This document shows positions 1-8,916 of a stretch of DNA of 64,000 bases, one piece after another. Under the pieces are notes generated by a model. It was not told the origin of the DNA. It made no database searches and saw nothing but the letters and a program-made list of their open reading frames with translations. A program made the position numbers and the translations under genes. Within the stretch, counting starts at the first letter, position 1. The number at the start of each line of letters is the position of its first letter. Location of the stretch: positions 768,001-832,000 of the forward strand of contig CAVOFT010000001.1 in assembly GCA_963695095.1 (NCBI GenBank). Direction: 5' to 3'. The stretch is from an uncultured bacterium (GTDB lineage: Bacteria > Krumholzibacteriota > Krumholzibacteriia > JACNKJ01).

Positions 1-131
1 CCGCGGGCGAGCATGCGGCGCGCTGGGACGGCCGTGACGATCAGGGCCGTCCGGCCGGCGCTGGCGTCTATCTCTGCCGCCTCGAGGTCGGTGCGAGCTG
101 CCTTGCCCGCCGCCTGGTGCTGCTGCATTGA
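1..131 (+). CDS. 3' end of a secreted protein with FlgD-Ig/T9SS-like C-terminal domain (partial)
   Basis: Frame from nt 3 reads AGEHAARWDGRDDQGRPAGAGVYLCRLEVGASCLARRLVLLH* (TGA 129-131), the same tail as the next two genes; absent from the ORF track. Confidence 0.85.
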   Translation, partial: AGEHAARWDGRDDQGRPAGAGVYLCRLEVGASCLARRLVLLH

Positions 132-187
132 GCTGAAACAGACGACTTCGGCAGCGAAACATCCGCATGACGGCGCGGAACTCGTTG

Positions 188-196
188 TGATATAAT
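188..196 (+). promoter_or_regulatory. Extended -10 sigma70-type promoter of the S8 peptidase gene
   Basis: TGaTATAAT at 188-196 in a GC-rich context; weak ATGACG at 167-172. Confidence 0.55.
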
Positions 197-321
197 CCTA
201 ACTGCCACGCCTTGGACCCAGCGACCCTCGGCACACCCGCCCAAGCTCGCTGCCCGACCCAGCGGACCGGCGCCAAGCGCCGGCTACCACGCACATGCAA
301 GGATCTCGGAGGAGGAAGCCC

Positions 322-3222
322 ATGCGTCTCGTCAAAGCGCTCGCCTTGGCGGCCCTGTTGCTCGTCCCCACTCTGTCCTTCGCGGGGGAGATCCACCCCG
401 CCCTGGCCGAGCGGATGGACGCGGCCCCGGCCGATGAGGCCATCAAGATCATCGTCACCATGACGGAGCAGGCGCCCATCGCCGAGCTCAACCAGTCGCT
501 CAAGCAGGAGCGCGCCAGCCTGGAGCGCCGCCACCGCGAGGTGATCCTGAGCCTTCAGGACGTCTCCCGTTCGCAGACCGCGCTGCGCAGCTGGCTGGAC
601 CTCCAGCTCGCGAGCGGCGCCGTGCGCGGCTACACGCCGCACTGGATCGCCAATCTCATCGTGGTCTCGGCGACGCCCGGCGCCATCGCCGCCATCGCGG
701 CGAGGCCGGACGTGGCCTTCGTCGAGCTGGACTTCAAGCCCGAGCTGATCGCGCCCGTGCTGAGGCCCTCGCAGGACAGCGAGCTCGGCGAGGCCGGTAC
801 CCGCGGCATCGGCGTCACCCCCGGCCTGCGGGCGCTGAATGCGCCGCAGGTCTGGTACGAGCTGGGCATCACCGGCGCCGGCCGCCTGGTCGCCAACCTC
901 GACACCGGCGTCGACGGCAACCACCCCGCCCTGGCCTCGCGCTGGCGCGGCAACCATGCCCCGGCCAGCGAGTGCTGGCTCGACGTGCTCGGCGGCTACC
1001 CAGCTCCCCGACGACGACAACGGCCACGGCACCCACGTCATGGGCACCATGACCGGTCTGGCCCCCGACGACACCATCGGCGTGGCGCCGGGCGCCGAGT
1101 GGATCGCCTGCAACGCCATCGACCAGGGCGTGGGCAGCGACTTCGACAACGACATCATCGCCTCCTTCCAGTGGTTCGCCGATCCCGACGGCAACCCCTA
1201 CACCGTCGATGACGTGCCCGATGTCGTCCAGAACTCCTGGGGCATCAACGAGGGCTTCGGCGGCGGCTACACCGACTGCGACGCGCGCTGGTGGGCGGTG
1301 ATCGACAACTGCGAGGCCGCCGGCGTCGTGGTCACCTGGTCGGCCGGCAACGAGGGCCCCGGCGCACCAGCCTGCGCTCGCCGGCCGACCGCGCCACCAC
1401 GGCCTTCAACTGCTTCGCCATCGGCGCCGTCGACGCCACCAACTACGGCTGGCCCTACCCGATCGCGAGCTTCTCGAGCCGCGGTCCGCACGCGGCTGCG
1501 ACGTGGTCGCCCGCGCTGAAGATCAAGCCCGAGGTCTCCGCGCCCGGCGTCGACGTCTACTCCTCCGTGCCCGGCGGCGGCTACAGCGCCAGCTAGAGCG
1601 GCACCTCGATGGCCGGCCCGCACGTGGCCGGCGTCGTCGGCCTCATGCGCCAGGCCAACCCCGACCTCGACGTCGACACGATCAAGCAGATCCTGATGGA
1701 GACCGCCGTCGACGAGGGCACGGCCGGCGAGGACAACATCTACGGCTACGGCTTCGTCGACGCCTACGCGGCCGTCCTGGCGGCCATGGAGGGCTTCGGC
1801 TCGCTCGAGGGCTACGTGCGCAACGCCAGCTACGGCAACGTGCCCCTGCCCGGCGCCACGGTGGAGCTCCTGAGCACCACCTTCCACTGGACCGCCGACG
1901 CGGCCGGTTTCTATCACGGCTCCGCGAGCGCGAACAACTACACCGCCCGCGCCAGCCTGGCCGGCTTCGCCGACCAGAACGTGGCCGTGACGATCACCGA
2001 TGGCACGCCCACCCTGCAGGACTTTGCGCTCACGGACATCGCCGGGCCGACGCTCAGCAACCTGACGCCGGGCGGCAGCACGAGCAACACGGCCGGTCCC
2101 TATCCGGTCAGCGTCAATGCGCAGGACTACAGCACGGTGGCCTCGGTCACGCTCTACTACCGCGTCAACATGGGCGCCTGGCAGAGCACGCCGATGACGG
2201 GCGGGCCGCTCACCTTCACGGCGAGCATGCCCGGCTCCTTCGCCAACAGCCACCTGGACTACTACGTCCAGGCCACCGACGGCGTCAGTCACAGCAGCGT
2301 GCTGCCCGCGGGCGCGCCCCTGGCCTTCGAGACGCTCTACATCACCGAGCAGGTCTACGCCTTCGACGCCGAGAGCGGCCAGGGCAGCTGGACGCTCGGT
2401 GTCGCCGGCGATGCCGCCACCAGCGGCCTGTGGGTTCGGGCCGATCCCATCGGCACGAACTACAACGGCACGCCGATGCAGCCCGAGGACGACCACACGG
2501 CCGCCCCCGGCATCTACTGCTTCGTCACCGGCAACGGCACCGTCGGCGGCGCGGTCGGCGACCAGGACGTGGACGGCGGCTGCACCACCCTGCTCAGCCC
2601 GATCTTCGACCTCAGCACGGCGGATCGCGCCTTCGTGCGCTACTGGCGCTGGTATGGCGAGGGCGGCAACTCGACGGACGACGCCTTCGTCGTGCAGATC
2701 ACGAGCAACGGCAGCAGCTGGGTGCAGCTCGAGAGCGTACCGAACATCGCCAATAGCTGGACCCTGGTGAACGAGGAGATCACGGGCCTGGTGCCGCTCA
2801 CCAGCACGGTGCAGCTGCGCTTCCTGGCCTGCGACCTCAACACCGCCGGCCTGGTCGAGGCGGCCATCGACGACATCGCCCTCGAGACCTACGACGCCAA
2901 CTTGACGGCAGTGCCGGGCGACGCGACGCCGCAGTGGTCGCTCTCGCTCCAGCAGAGCCAGCCCAACCCCTTCCGTCCCGGCGACGGTCCGACCACCCTG
3001 CGCTTCAGCCTGGAGTCGCAGACGCGGGCGCGCCTGGCCGTCTACGATATCGCCGGCCGCCTGGTGCGGACGCTGACCGACGGCGCCTTCGCGCCCGGCG
3101 AGCATGCGCTCAGCTGGGACGGCAAGGACGCCCATGGGCAGCAGGTCAGCTCGGGAGTCTACTTCTACCGGCTCGAGGCCCAGGGCCAGAGCCAGAGCCG
3201 CAGCCTGGTGCTGGTCCGCTAG
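322..3222 (+). pseudogene. S8 subtilisin-like serine peptidase (signal peptide, prodomain, carboxypeptidase-regulatory-like domain, beta-sandwich, FlgD-Ig CTD), disrupted as sequenced
   Basis: GGAGG RBS then ATG 322. Catalytic motifs LDTGVD, HGTHVMG, SAGNEG and GTSMAGPHVAG are spread over ORF pieces, with frameshifts near 1000 and 1365 and an in-frame TAG at 1594-1596. May be intact in vivo. Confidence 0.85.
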
Positions 3223-3270
3223 GACCCGCGGCCCGGTACGCGAGAGGCGCAGCACACGCCAACGGCGAGG

Positions 3271-3298
3271 GGCCGGCGGGGAAACCCGCCGGCCTTTT
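3271..3298 (+). terminator. Rho-independent terminator
   Basis: GGCCGGCGGG-GAAA-CCCGCCGGCC then TTTT. Confidence 0.85.
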
Positions 3299-3349
3299 GC
3301 TTGCGCGGCCGACCGGCGCCCCGCATTTTTCCGACCCCTGCCGCCCGAG

Positions 3350-4912
3350 GTGCGAACCCTGCGCCATTTCCTGCTGTCCGGCGTCACCCTCGCCTCGCTC
3401 CTCCTGCTCCCGACACGGCCGGCGATCGCCACGGCCTTCGTCCAGGACCCGGCGCCCTCGCCCGCGGACCAGTGCAAGCTGGACGACATCGCCGCCTCGC
3501 CCACGGGGCGCATCGCCGCCGCCGGCTGGGAGCGCACCTTCATGACCGGCGGCTCGCCGGGCACTCCGCTCATCGTCGAGAAGTCGGCCGCCGCGGGCAG
3601 CTGGACGGTGCTCGACAACCCCGACCAGGGCTTCACCTGGCACGACCTCGGCGCGGTGGACTACCTGCCCGGCCATCCCGACGAGGATCTCGTGGCGGTG
3701 GGCACCTATTACCCGGACATTCTCCTCGCCCACGGCCATGGGCTCCTGCTGCGCTACCGCCGCGCCGCGGGCGCCTGGGACATGGGCACCTTCAACGATC
3801 CCGGCGCCGAGTTCCACTTCGTCGAGGACGCCGTCTTCGATCCCCTCGATCCGAATCGCCTGCTCATCGCCGGCACGCGTGGCGTCGACGATGGCGTCGG
3901 CTCCTGCTTCCGCTTCACGACGATGGTGGTCGCCTATCGCCTGGACACGATGAGCTACGAGATCCTGCCGACCACGGCCCTCGGCGGCCTGAGCTCGATC
4001 GTGGCCCTGCCGGACGGGCGCTTCCTGGCCGTCGGCATCGCGGCCGGCGACTGCGACTACCTCAACATCCCGATCGTGCTGCTCATCGACGGCGCGACGA
4101 GCACGGTGCTGCCCAACCCGCCGCCCTGGCCGGGCTACCCCGCCTACCGGCTGAACTACGCGCTCACGCTGGCGGACGGCCGCGTGCTGATGGTGGGCAT
4201 GGCGACGCCGAACGGGGGCTCGCACTTCGTCACGCTGGGTTACGTCTTCGACCCGGCCACGAATGGCTGGATGGTGACCAAGCCCCTGGACCCCGACACC
4301 AGCACGCACCCGGCGGGCTTCACGAACCAGCTCTGGAGCTTGACGCCTGGGCTGGACGGCCGCATCTACGCGGTGGGGCGCTATCACTACATCAGCGACA
4401 TGGGCTACCACTACTATCGGGCGCTCATCGAGAGCTGGGATGGTGCGAACTGGCGCCTGGAGGAGACGCCGGAGGAGTTCGGCTCGCCATGGAACACCCA
4501 GCTCTGGGGCGTCTGCACGCATCCGACGGCGGGTGTCTGGGCGGCCGGCTACTGGGATCCCGCCGAGTACCCGGACCGCTCGCTGGTGCTGCGGCAGGCC
4601 GACCCGCCCACGGGCGCGGTCGACGCGGCGGCCGCGGGCGCGCTCGGCTGCGAGGCCTTCCCCAATCCCTTCCGCGAATCGACGCGCCTGCGCTTCAGCC
4701 TGCGCACGGAGGGGCCGGCGGAGCTGGCCATCTTCGATGTCTCGGGGCGTCGCCTGCGCGCGCTCGCCGCGGGCGCGCTATCTGCCGGCGAGCATGCCTT
4801 CACCTGGGATGGCCGCGATGATGAGGGCCGCGCGCTGAGCGCGGGCGTCTACCTGGCGCGGCTGGAGGCGGAGGGCGCGAGCGAGAGCCGCAGTCTGGTC
4901 TTGCTGCGCTAG
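3350..4912 (+). CDS. Secreted probable beta-propeller protein with FlgD-Ig/T9SS-like CTD
   Basis: GTG 3350, signal peptide, Trp/Gly-rich blade-like repeats, C-terminal FPNPFRESTRLRF...WDGRDDEG...GVYLARL. Confidence 0.8.
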   Translation: MRTLRHFLLSGVTLASLLLLPTRPAIATAFVQDPAPSPADQCKLDDIAASPTGRIAAAGWERTFMTGGSPGTPLIVEKSAAAGSWTVLDNPDQGFTWHDLGAVDYLPGHPDEDLVAVGTYYPDILLAHGHGLLLRYRRAAGAWDMGTFNDPGAEFHFVEDAVFDPLDPNRLLIAGTRGVDDGVGSCFRFTTMVVAYRLDTMSYEILPTTALGGLSSIVALPDGRFLAVGIAAGDCDYLNIPIVLLIDGATSTVLPNPPPWPGYPAYRLNYALTLADGRVLMVGMATPNGGSHFVTLGYVFDPATNGWMVTKPLDPDTSTHPAGFTNQLWSLTPGLDGRIYAVGRYHYISDMGYHYYRALIESWDGANWRLEETPEEFGSPWNTQLWGVCTHPTAGVWAAGYWDPAEYPDRSLVLRQADPPTGAVDAAAAGALGCEAFPNPFRESTRLRFSLRTEGPAELAIFDVSGRRLRALAAGALSAGEHAFTWDGRDDEGRALSAGVYLARLEAEGASESRSLVLLR

Positions 4913-4916
4913 CCGG

Positions 4917-4963
4917 CGCGTTGCCACGTGGCAACGCGATCCGGTCCTTGTCACGTGACAAGG
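4917..4963. repeat. Two adjacent perfect palindromes sharing the core TTGYCACGTGRCAA
   Basis: CGCGTTGCCACGTGGCAACGCG (4917-4938) and CCTTGTCACGTGACAAGG (4946-4963). Confidence 0.9.
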
Positions 4964-4972
4964 CGCAGAGGC

Positions 4973-5068
4973 TCAGCGAATCAACACCAGCTTCTGCGAG
5001 GCCCTGCCGGCCTCCGTTTCCAGTAGGCACAGGTAGACGCCCGAGCCGACCGCCTCCCGGCCGGGCCC
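4973..5068 (-). pseudogene. Orphan fragment of a FlgD-Ig/T9SS-like C-terminal tail
   Basis: Reads GPGREAVGSGVYLCLLETEAGRASQKLVLIR*, matching the GVY..RL.....LVLxR tails nearby; no start codon of its own. Confidence 0.65.
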
Positions 5069-5806
5069 TCAGGCGCTGCCCGACTGCTTGGCGGCCTCCA
5101 GCGCCATCTCGTGGGCCAGCTCGGGCCCGAGGAAGCGCTCGGCGGCGCTGTGGCCGGCGTAGATCAGCGGCGTGAGGATCACCGCCACCGTGAACTTGTA
5201 GAGGTACTGCGTCACGGCGATGCTGAGGAACTGCGCGCCCGTCAGCTTGCCCGGCAGGTAGAAGGCGATGCCGAGGATCACGATCGTGTCCACAGCCTGC
5301 GAGAAGATGGTCGAACCCGTCGCGCGCAGCCAGAGGCGGCCGGGCCCCGTCACCCGCCGCAGGCGGTGGAAGATGAGCACGTCGGTGAGCTGGCTGAGGG
5401 CGAAGGCGGTGAGCGAGCCGACGATGATCCACAGCGACTGGCCGAAGACCTGCGCGAAGGCCGCGCCCGAAACAGGCGAGAAATCGGTGGCCGGGATCCG
5501 CAACGCGGCGAAGAGCGCGATGAAGGCGTAACTGATCATGCCCACGCCCAGGAAGGTGAGCTGCCGCACGCCGCGCTTGCCGTAGTACTCGTTCACGAGG
5601 TCCGTGGTGAGGAAGACCACCGGCCAGGGGATGACGCCCACGGACATCAGGAAGGGACCGATCTCCAGGAGGCCCAGCTTGAGCACGAAGTCCGGCGAGC
5701 TGAGGTAGAAGAGCTTGCCGCCGATGAGCTCGCCGAGCAGCGCGTTGGTGAGGAAGAAGCCGCCGAGGATGAGGAAGAGCGTATCGCGGCGGGTCTTCAT
5801 GGCCAT
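5069..5806 (-). CDS. yhhQ: Queuosine precursor transporter (Vut_1/YhhQ family)
   Basis: Multi-TM; motifs GVIPWPVVFLTTDLVNEYYG, SQLTDV, LWLRATGSTIFSQAVDT. Confidence 0.9.
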   Translation of the reverse strand: MAMKTRRDTLFLILGGFFLTNALLGELIGGKLFYLSSPDFVLKLGLLEIGPFLMSVGVIPWPVVFLTTDLVNEYYGKRGVRQLTFLGVGMISYAFIALFAALRIPATDFSPVSGAAFAQVFGQSLWIIVGSLTAFALSQLTDVLIFHRLRRVTGPGRLWLRATGSTIFSQAVDTIVILGIAFYLPGKLTGAQFLSIAVTQYLYKFTVAVILTPLIYAGHSAAERFLGPELAHEMALEAAKQSGSA

Positions 5807-5853
5807 GGCCGGGCGCTCCTGCTCGGGCGAGGGTTCGGCAAGGGGTGGCGCGA

Positions 5854-5882
5854 ACCCTACGAAGCGTGGCCGGCGCTGTCAA
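5854..5882 (-). promoter_or_regulatory. Sigma70-type promoter of yhhQ
   Basis: TTGACA-17 nt-TAGGGT on the minus strand. Confidence 0.55.
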
Positions 5883-5893
5883 GGCGCCGGGCG

Positions 5894-6943
5894 CTACTGC
5901 CCCGGCGTGAAGACGAAGGGCGCCCGGAAGCTCACGCGGCCCGCCGGCACGGCGCCGAAGCTCCAGGCCTTCACCTGCGCCAGCACGCAGTCGAGCACGG
6001 CGGCGCTCCTGAGGCCGTCCTCGAGCACGGCGGCCTCGCTGACGCCGCCGTCGGCCTCCACCGTGAGGCGCAGCACCAGCTTGCCGCCGAGCGTGGCGTC
6101 GCGCTTCAGCGCGTTGTCGTAGCAGTAGCGGATGCCCGGCGCGTAGCGCTGCAGCACGGCGAGCAGGGAGGCGTTGCTGCGGATCTCGCCGCCGCCCGGC
6201 GCGCCCCCCGCCCGGGCGCCCGCTGCCCCAGCGCCTTCTGCGCCCTCGCTGCCCGCGCTCCAGTCGCCGATCTCCACGCTGAGCCCGGCCGCCAGCAGCA
6301 CGGGCCCGCCGCCCGCGGGCGCGGCGGCCGCCACGCTGCTCTCGACACTGCCCAGCGCCTCCTGCCCGCGGCCGCGGCGCAGGCGGCCGCGCGCCGCCCC
6401 GGCGGAGGGCGCCGCGGGGGCGTCCCCGGCGGGCAGCGCGGTGGAGAGCTTGGCCAGCGTGGCGTCCAGGGCCTGGGTCGTCGAGGCGAGAGCCTGCGTC
6501 GCCGCCTCGGCCTGGCGGCGTCCGGCCAGGCCCTGATCGGGCGCCACGCGCGGCGCCTGGGCCAGCCGCTCCACCCGCCGCGGCGCGCGCTCGGGCTCGG
6601 GCGCGGGGGTCGGGTCCGGCGGCTGCGGCGCGGCGGCCTCGGCTGCCGGCGCCGCCGCTAGCGGCGAGGCGACCGGCGCGCTCGCGACCGGCACCGGCGG
6701 CTCCGGGCGGCGCTCCTCGAGGATCAGCCGCGCGAGACGCTCGGGCATGGCCTCGAGCGTGGGCGCCTCCTCCACCGGCGCCGGCGCGAAGAGCAGCACC
6801 GCGAGGACGAGGAGGCCCAGCGCGGCGGCCATGGCGAAGGAGCGCCGCGTGCGCGCATCCATCTCGCCGATCAGGATGACGTGCCAGGGCAGCCGATAGC
6901 TGCGCGCGATGGGGCTGAGCGGCCGGCCGAGGGCGAAGGCCAT
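5894..6943 (-). CDS. AgmX/PglI C-terminal (TonB-C-like) protein, GltG-like
   Basis: ATG 6943; one TM, Pro/Ala-rich linker, C-terminal IRYCYDNALKRDATLGGKLVLRLTV...CVLAQVKAWSF...PFVF. Confidence 0.85.
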   Translation of the reverse strand: MAFALGRPLSPIARSYRLPWHVILIGEMDARTRRSFAMAAALGLLVLAVLLFAPAPVEEAPTLEAMPERLARLILEERRPEPPVPVASAPVASPLAAAPAAEAAAPQPPDPTPAPEPERAPRRVERLAQAPRVAPDQGLAGRRQAEAATQALASTTQALDATLAKLSTALPAGDAPAAPSAGAARGRLRRGRGQEALGSVESSVAAAAPAGGGPVLLAAGLSVEIGDWSAGSEGAEGAGAAGARAGGAPGGGEIRSNASLLAVLQRYAPGIRYCYDNALKRDATLGGKLVLRLTVEADGGVSEAAVLEDGLRSAAVLDCVLAQVKAWSFGAVPAGRVSFRAPFVFTPGQ

Positions 6944-7449
6944 CAGGAGTCCTTGATCACGGCCAGGGCGATGTCGCCGTAGCCGCTCTGGTTGCAGGTG
7001 TACATGACGCGCTGCAGGATGGCGAACTCGATGTCGCGATCGCCCTGGATCGCCACGCGCGGCCGGGCGCTCTCGCCCGTGCGCCGCGCGGCCAGGGCCT
7101 CGCTCTTCGCGCGCTCGGTCTGGAGGCGCTCGCCCAGGCCCGCGATCCAGAGCGACTCGCCCGCCAGACTCGCGCCGACCGAGGCCACCATCTCGTCGCC
7201 GACGAGGATGGCGTCGTCGAAGACCGCCACCACGAGCGCGGGCCGGGCGGCGTCCTGGCTGCGCGACGCGGGCAGATCCACGCCCGGCACGGGGGTCAGC
7301 GCCTCGCCGTCCACCACGAAGCTCTTGAGCAGGAAGAGCAGCAGCGAGGTGAAGATGTCCATCATCGAGGTCATGCGCAGCACGGCCTTGCGGTTCTCCC
7401 GCCGCAGGCGGCTGAAGCCGCCCCGACTGCGCCGCGTCGAAGCCTTCAT
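6943..7449 (-). CDS. ExbD/TolR family protein (AglS-like)
   Basis: TSMMDIFTSLLLFLLKSF TM with conserved Asp; IQGDRDIEFAILQRVMYTC. Confidence 0.9.
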   Translation of the reverse strand: MKASTRRSRGGFSRLRRENRKAVLRMTSMMDIFTSLLLFLLKSFVVDGEALTPVPGVDLPASRSQDAARPALVVAVFDDAILVGDEMVASVGASLAGESLWIAGLGERLQTERAKSEALAARRTGESARPRVAIQGDRDIEFAILQRVMYTCNQSGYGDIALAVIKDS

Positions 7450-7910
7450 CGCGAGCCTCCCTCGCCGCTCGCGGCGGCCAGGGCGATCCGGGGCCAGCCG
7501 GCCTCGCGGGCGATGTCCATGGTCGCCACGATGCGCTCGTAGCGCGTGTGCGGCGCCGAGACGATGATGATGTCCTTCTCGGCCGGATGCGTAGCGGCCA
7601 GCTCGCCGAGCAATGCGCCCAGGCGCGCGACGCCGGTCGGGCCATCGTCGCCCGCCGCGGGCGCGAGGCCCCGGCCCGCCAGGCGCCAGCCCCGCTCCTC
7701 CAGGCGCAGGGACAGCTCGAGGCCGGCCTCGTCGGTCGCCGGCGCGCTCGCATCGTCCGCGGGCATCTGCATGTCGATCACGGTCACCTGCAGGAAGACG
7801 GCCGAGATCAGCAGCATCGGGATCAGCGCCACGAAGATGTTCATCAGCGGCAGCATCTCCAGCTCCTCGGCGACGAGCTGCCGGAAGCTGCCGCGCGCGC
7901 GGCGGCCCAT
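7446..7910 (-). CDS. ExbD/TolR family protein (AglQ-like, Asn at the usual Asp position)
   Basis: ELEMLPLMNIFVALIPMLL TM; YERIVATMDIAREAG. Confidence 0.88.
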   Translation of the reverse strand: MGRRARGSFRQLVAEELEMLPLMNIFVALIPMLLISAVFLQVTVIDMQMPADDASAPATDEAGLELSLRLEERGWRLAGRGLAPAAGDDGPTGVARLGALLGELAATHPAEKDIIIVSAPHTRYERIVATMDIAREAGWPRIALAAASGEGGSR

Positions 7911-7911
7911 G

Positions 7912-8559
7912 CTAGATCTCCTCCGTGCCGCCCGTGAGCAGGCTGATCAGGCGCACGCTGAGTGCGTCCACGTTGTCGACGATGCCCTCCACCTTGCTCA
8001 CCAGGAAGCCGTGGATGAGCAGGGCCGGCACGGCGACGATGAGGCCGAAGGCCGTCGTGTTCAGCGCCTGGCTGATGCCCGCGGCGAGAAAGGCCGAGCG
8101 CTGGGAGGGATCGGCGGCGTCCACGGCGTTGAAGGCGGTGGTCAGGCCGAAGATGGTGCCCAGCAGGCCGAGCAGGGTGGCCGTGTTGGCCAGCATGTTC
8201 AGGTAGGAGAGCCGGCGGCCCAGCGGGGGCAGCACCACGGTGGCGGCGCTGTCGGCCGCCGCCTGCAGGGTCTCTTCGCTCGCCGCGGCCGCGCCCTCGC
8301 GCTGCAGGATGGCCTTGGCAACGCGCGTGACCGGGGACTCCACCTTCTGGCAGAGCGCGACGGCCCCGCCCTTGTCGCCGCGGCGCACCAGGCGCAGCAG
8401 GTCGCGGCTCATCTTCGTGGAGTTGAGCTGGGCCGCGCGCTGGATCACCCAGAGTCGCTCCAGGCTGAGGGCGAAGACCAGCAGGCCGGTGATCAGGATC
8501 ACGATCATGAAGGGGCCGCCGTTCTTGAAGAAGGCGGCGAAGGTGGCGACGGGGTTCAT
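7912..8559 (-). CDS. MotA/TolQ/ExbB proton-channel protein (AglR-like)
   Basis: ANTATLLGLLGTIFGL...AGISQALNTTAFGLIVAVP. Confidence 0.95.
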   Translation of the reverse strand: MNPVATFAAFFKNGGPFMIVILITGLLVFALSLERLWVIQRAAQLNSTKMSRDLLRLVRRGDKGGAVALCQKVESPVTRVAKAILQREGAAAASEETLQAAADSAATVVLPPLGRRLSYLNMLANTATLLGLLGTIFGLTTAFNAVDAADPSQRSAFLAAGISQALNTTAFGLIVAVPALLIHGFLVSKVEGIVDNVDALSVRLISLLTGGTEEI

Positions 8560-8562
8560 GCC

Positions 8563-8916
8563 TCACTCCTCGACTACGGGGTTGGGTCCGGGATCCTGCG
8601 CAGCCGGCCGGCTCGTCGGCAGGGCCGCGGCGCGCAGCGCAAGCTGTGGGGGCGGCGCGGGCTCGAGCAGGCCGGCGGCGGCGATGAGTTGCCAGCCCAG
8701 GCGCAGCTCGACGCGGGCCGGCTCGCGGGCGTTGATGAAGAGCACTTCCGGGCCCTTCGCCACGCCCTCGATGGTGATGGCCTCCAGGCTGCGTTCGGCG
8801 CCGCCGGCGGTCGGCTGGGGCTCCGCGGCTGCCGCCGCCCGTTCGGTCGCCGCTGCTGCCGGAGCGAGCGCGAGGGCCAGCAGGAGCGCGATCCGCAGCG
8901 CCTCAGTTCGCATCAT
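8563..8916 (-). CDS. Small exported protein, GltF/CglF-like
   Basis: Signal peptide; LEAITIEGVAKGPEVLFINAR resembles the GltF IEG...P motif; lies between the TPR and TolQ genes. Confidence 0.6.
   Translation of the reverse strand: MMRTEALRIALLLALALAPAAAATERAAAAAEPQPTAGGAERSLEAITIEGVAKGPEVLFINAREPARVELRLGWQLIAAAGLLEPAPPPQLALRAAALPTSRPAAQDPGPNPVVEE

Noticed and set aside
1594..1596. TAG recoding (pyrrolysine or alternative genetic code)
   Set aside because: TAG ends many intact genes here (e.g. 3220-3222, 4910-4912), no pyl genes are visible, and nearby frameshifts point to error or decay
2950..3222. Flagellar hook-capping FlgD genes
   Set aside because: The FlgD-Ig-like domain is only a C-terminal tail on secreted proteins; no flagellar genes present
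4917..4963. Intrinsic terminator
   Set aside because: Loop-less perfect palindromes without U tracts look more like protein-binding sites, although a terminator role cannot be excluded
5826..5860. preQ1 riboswitch upstream of yhhQ (AGGGTTCG...CGAACCCT hairpin)
   Set aside because: Lacks the A-rich 3' tail of preQ1-I and overlaps the predicted -10 box; an Rfam/Infernal scan would settle it
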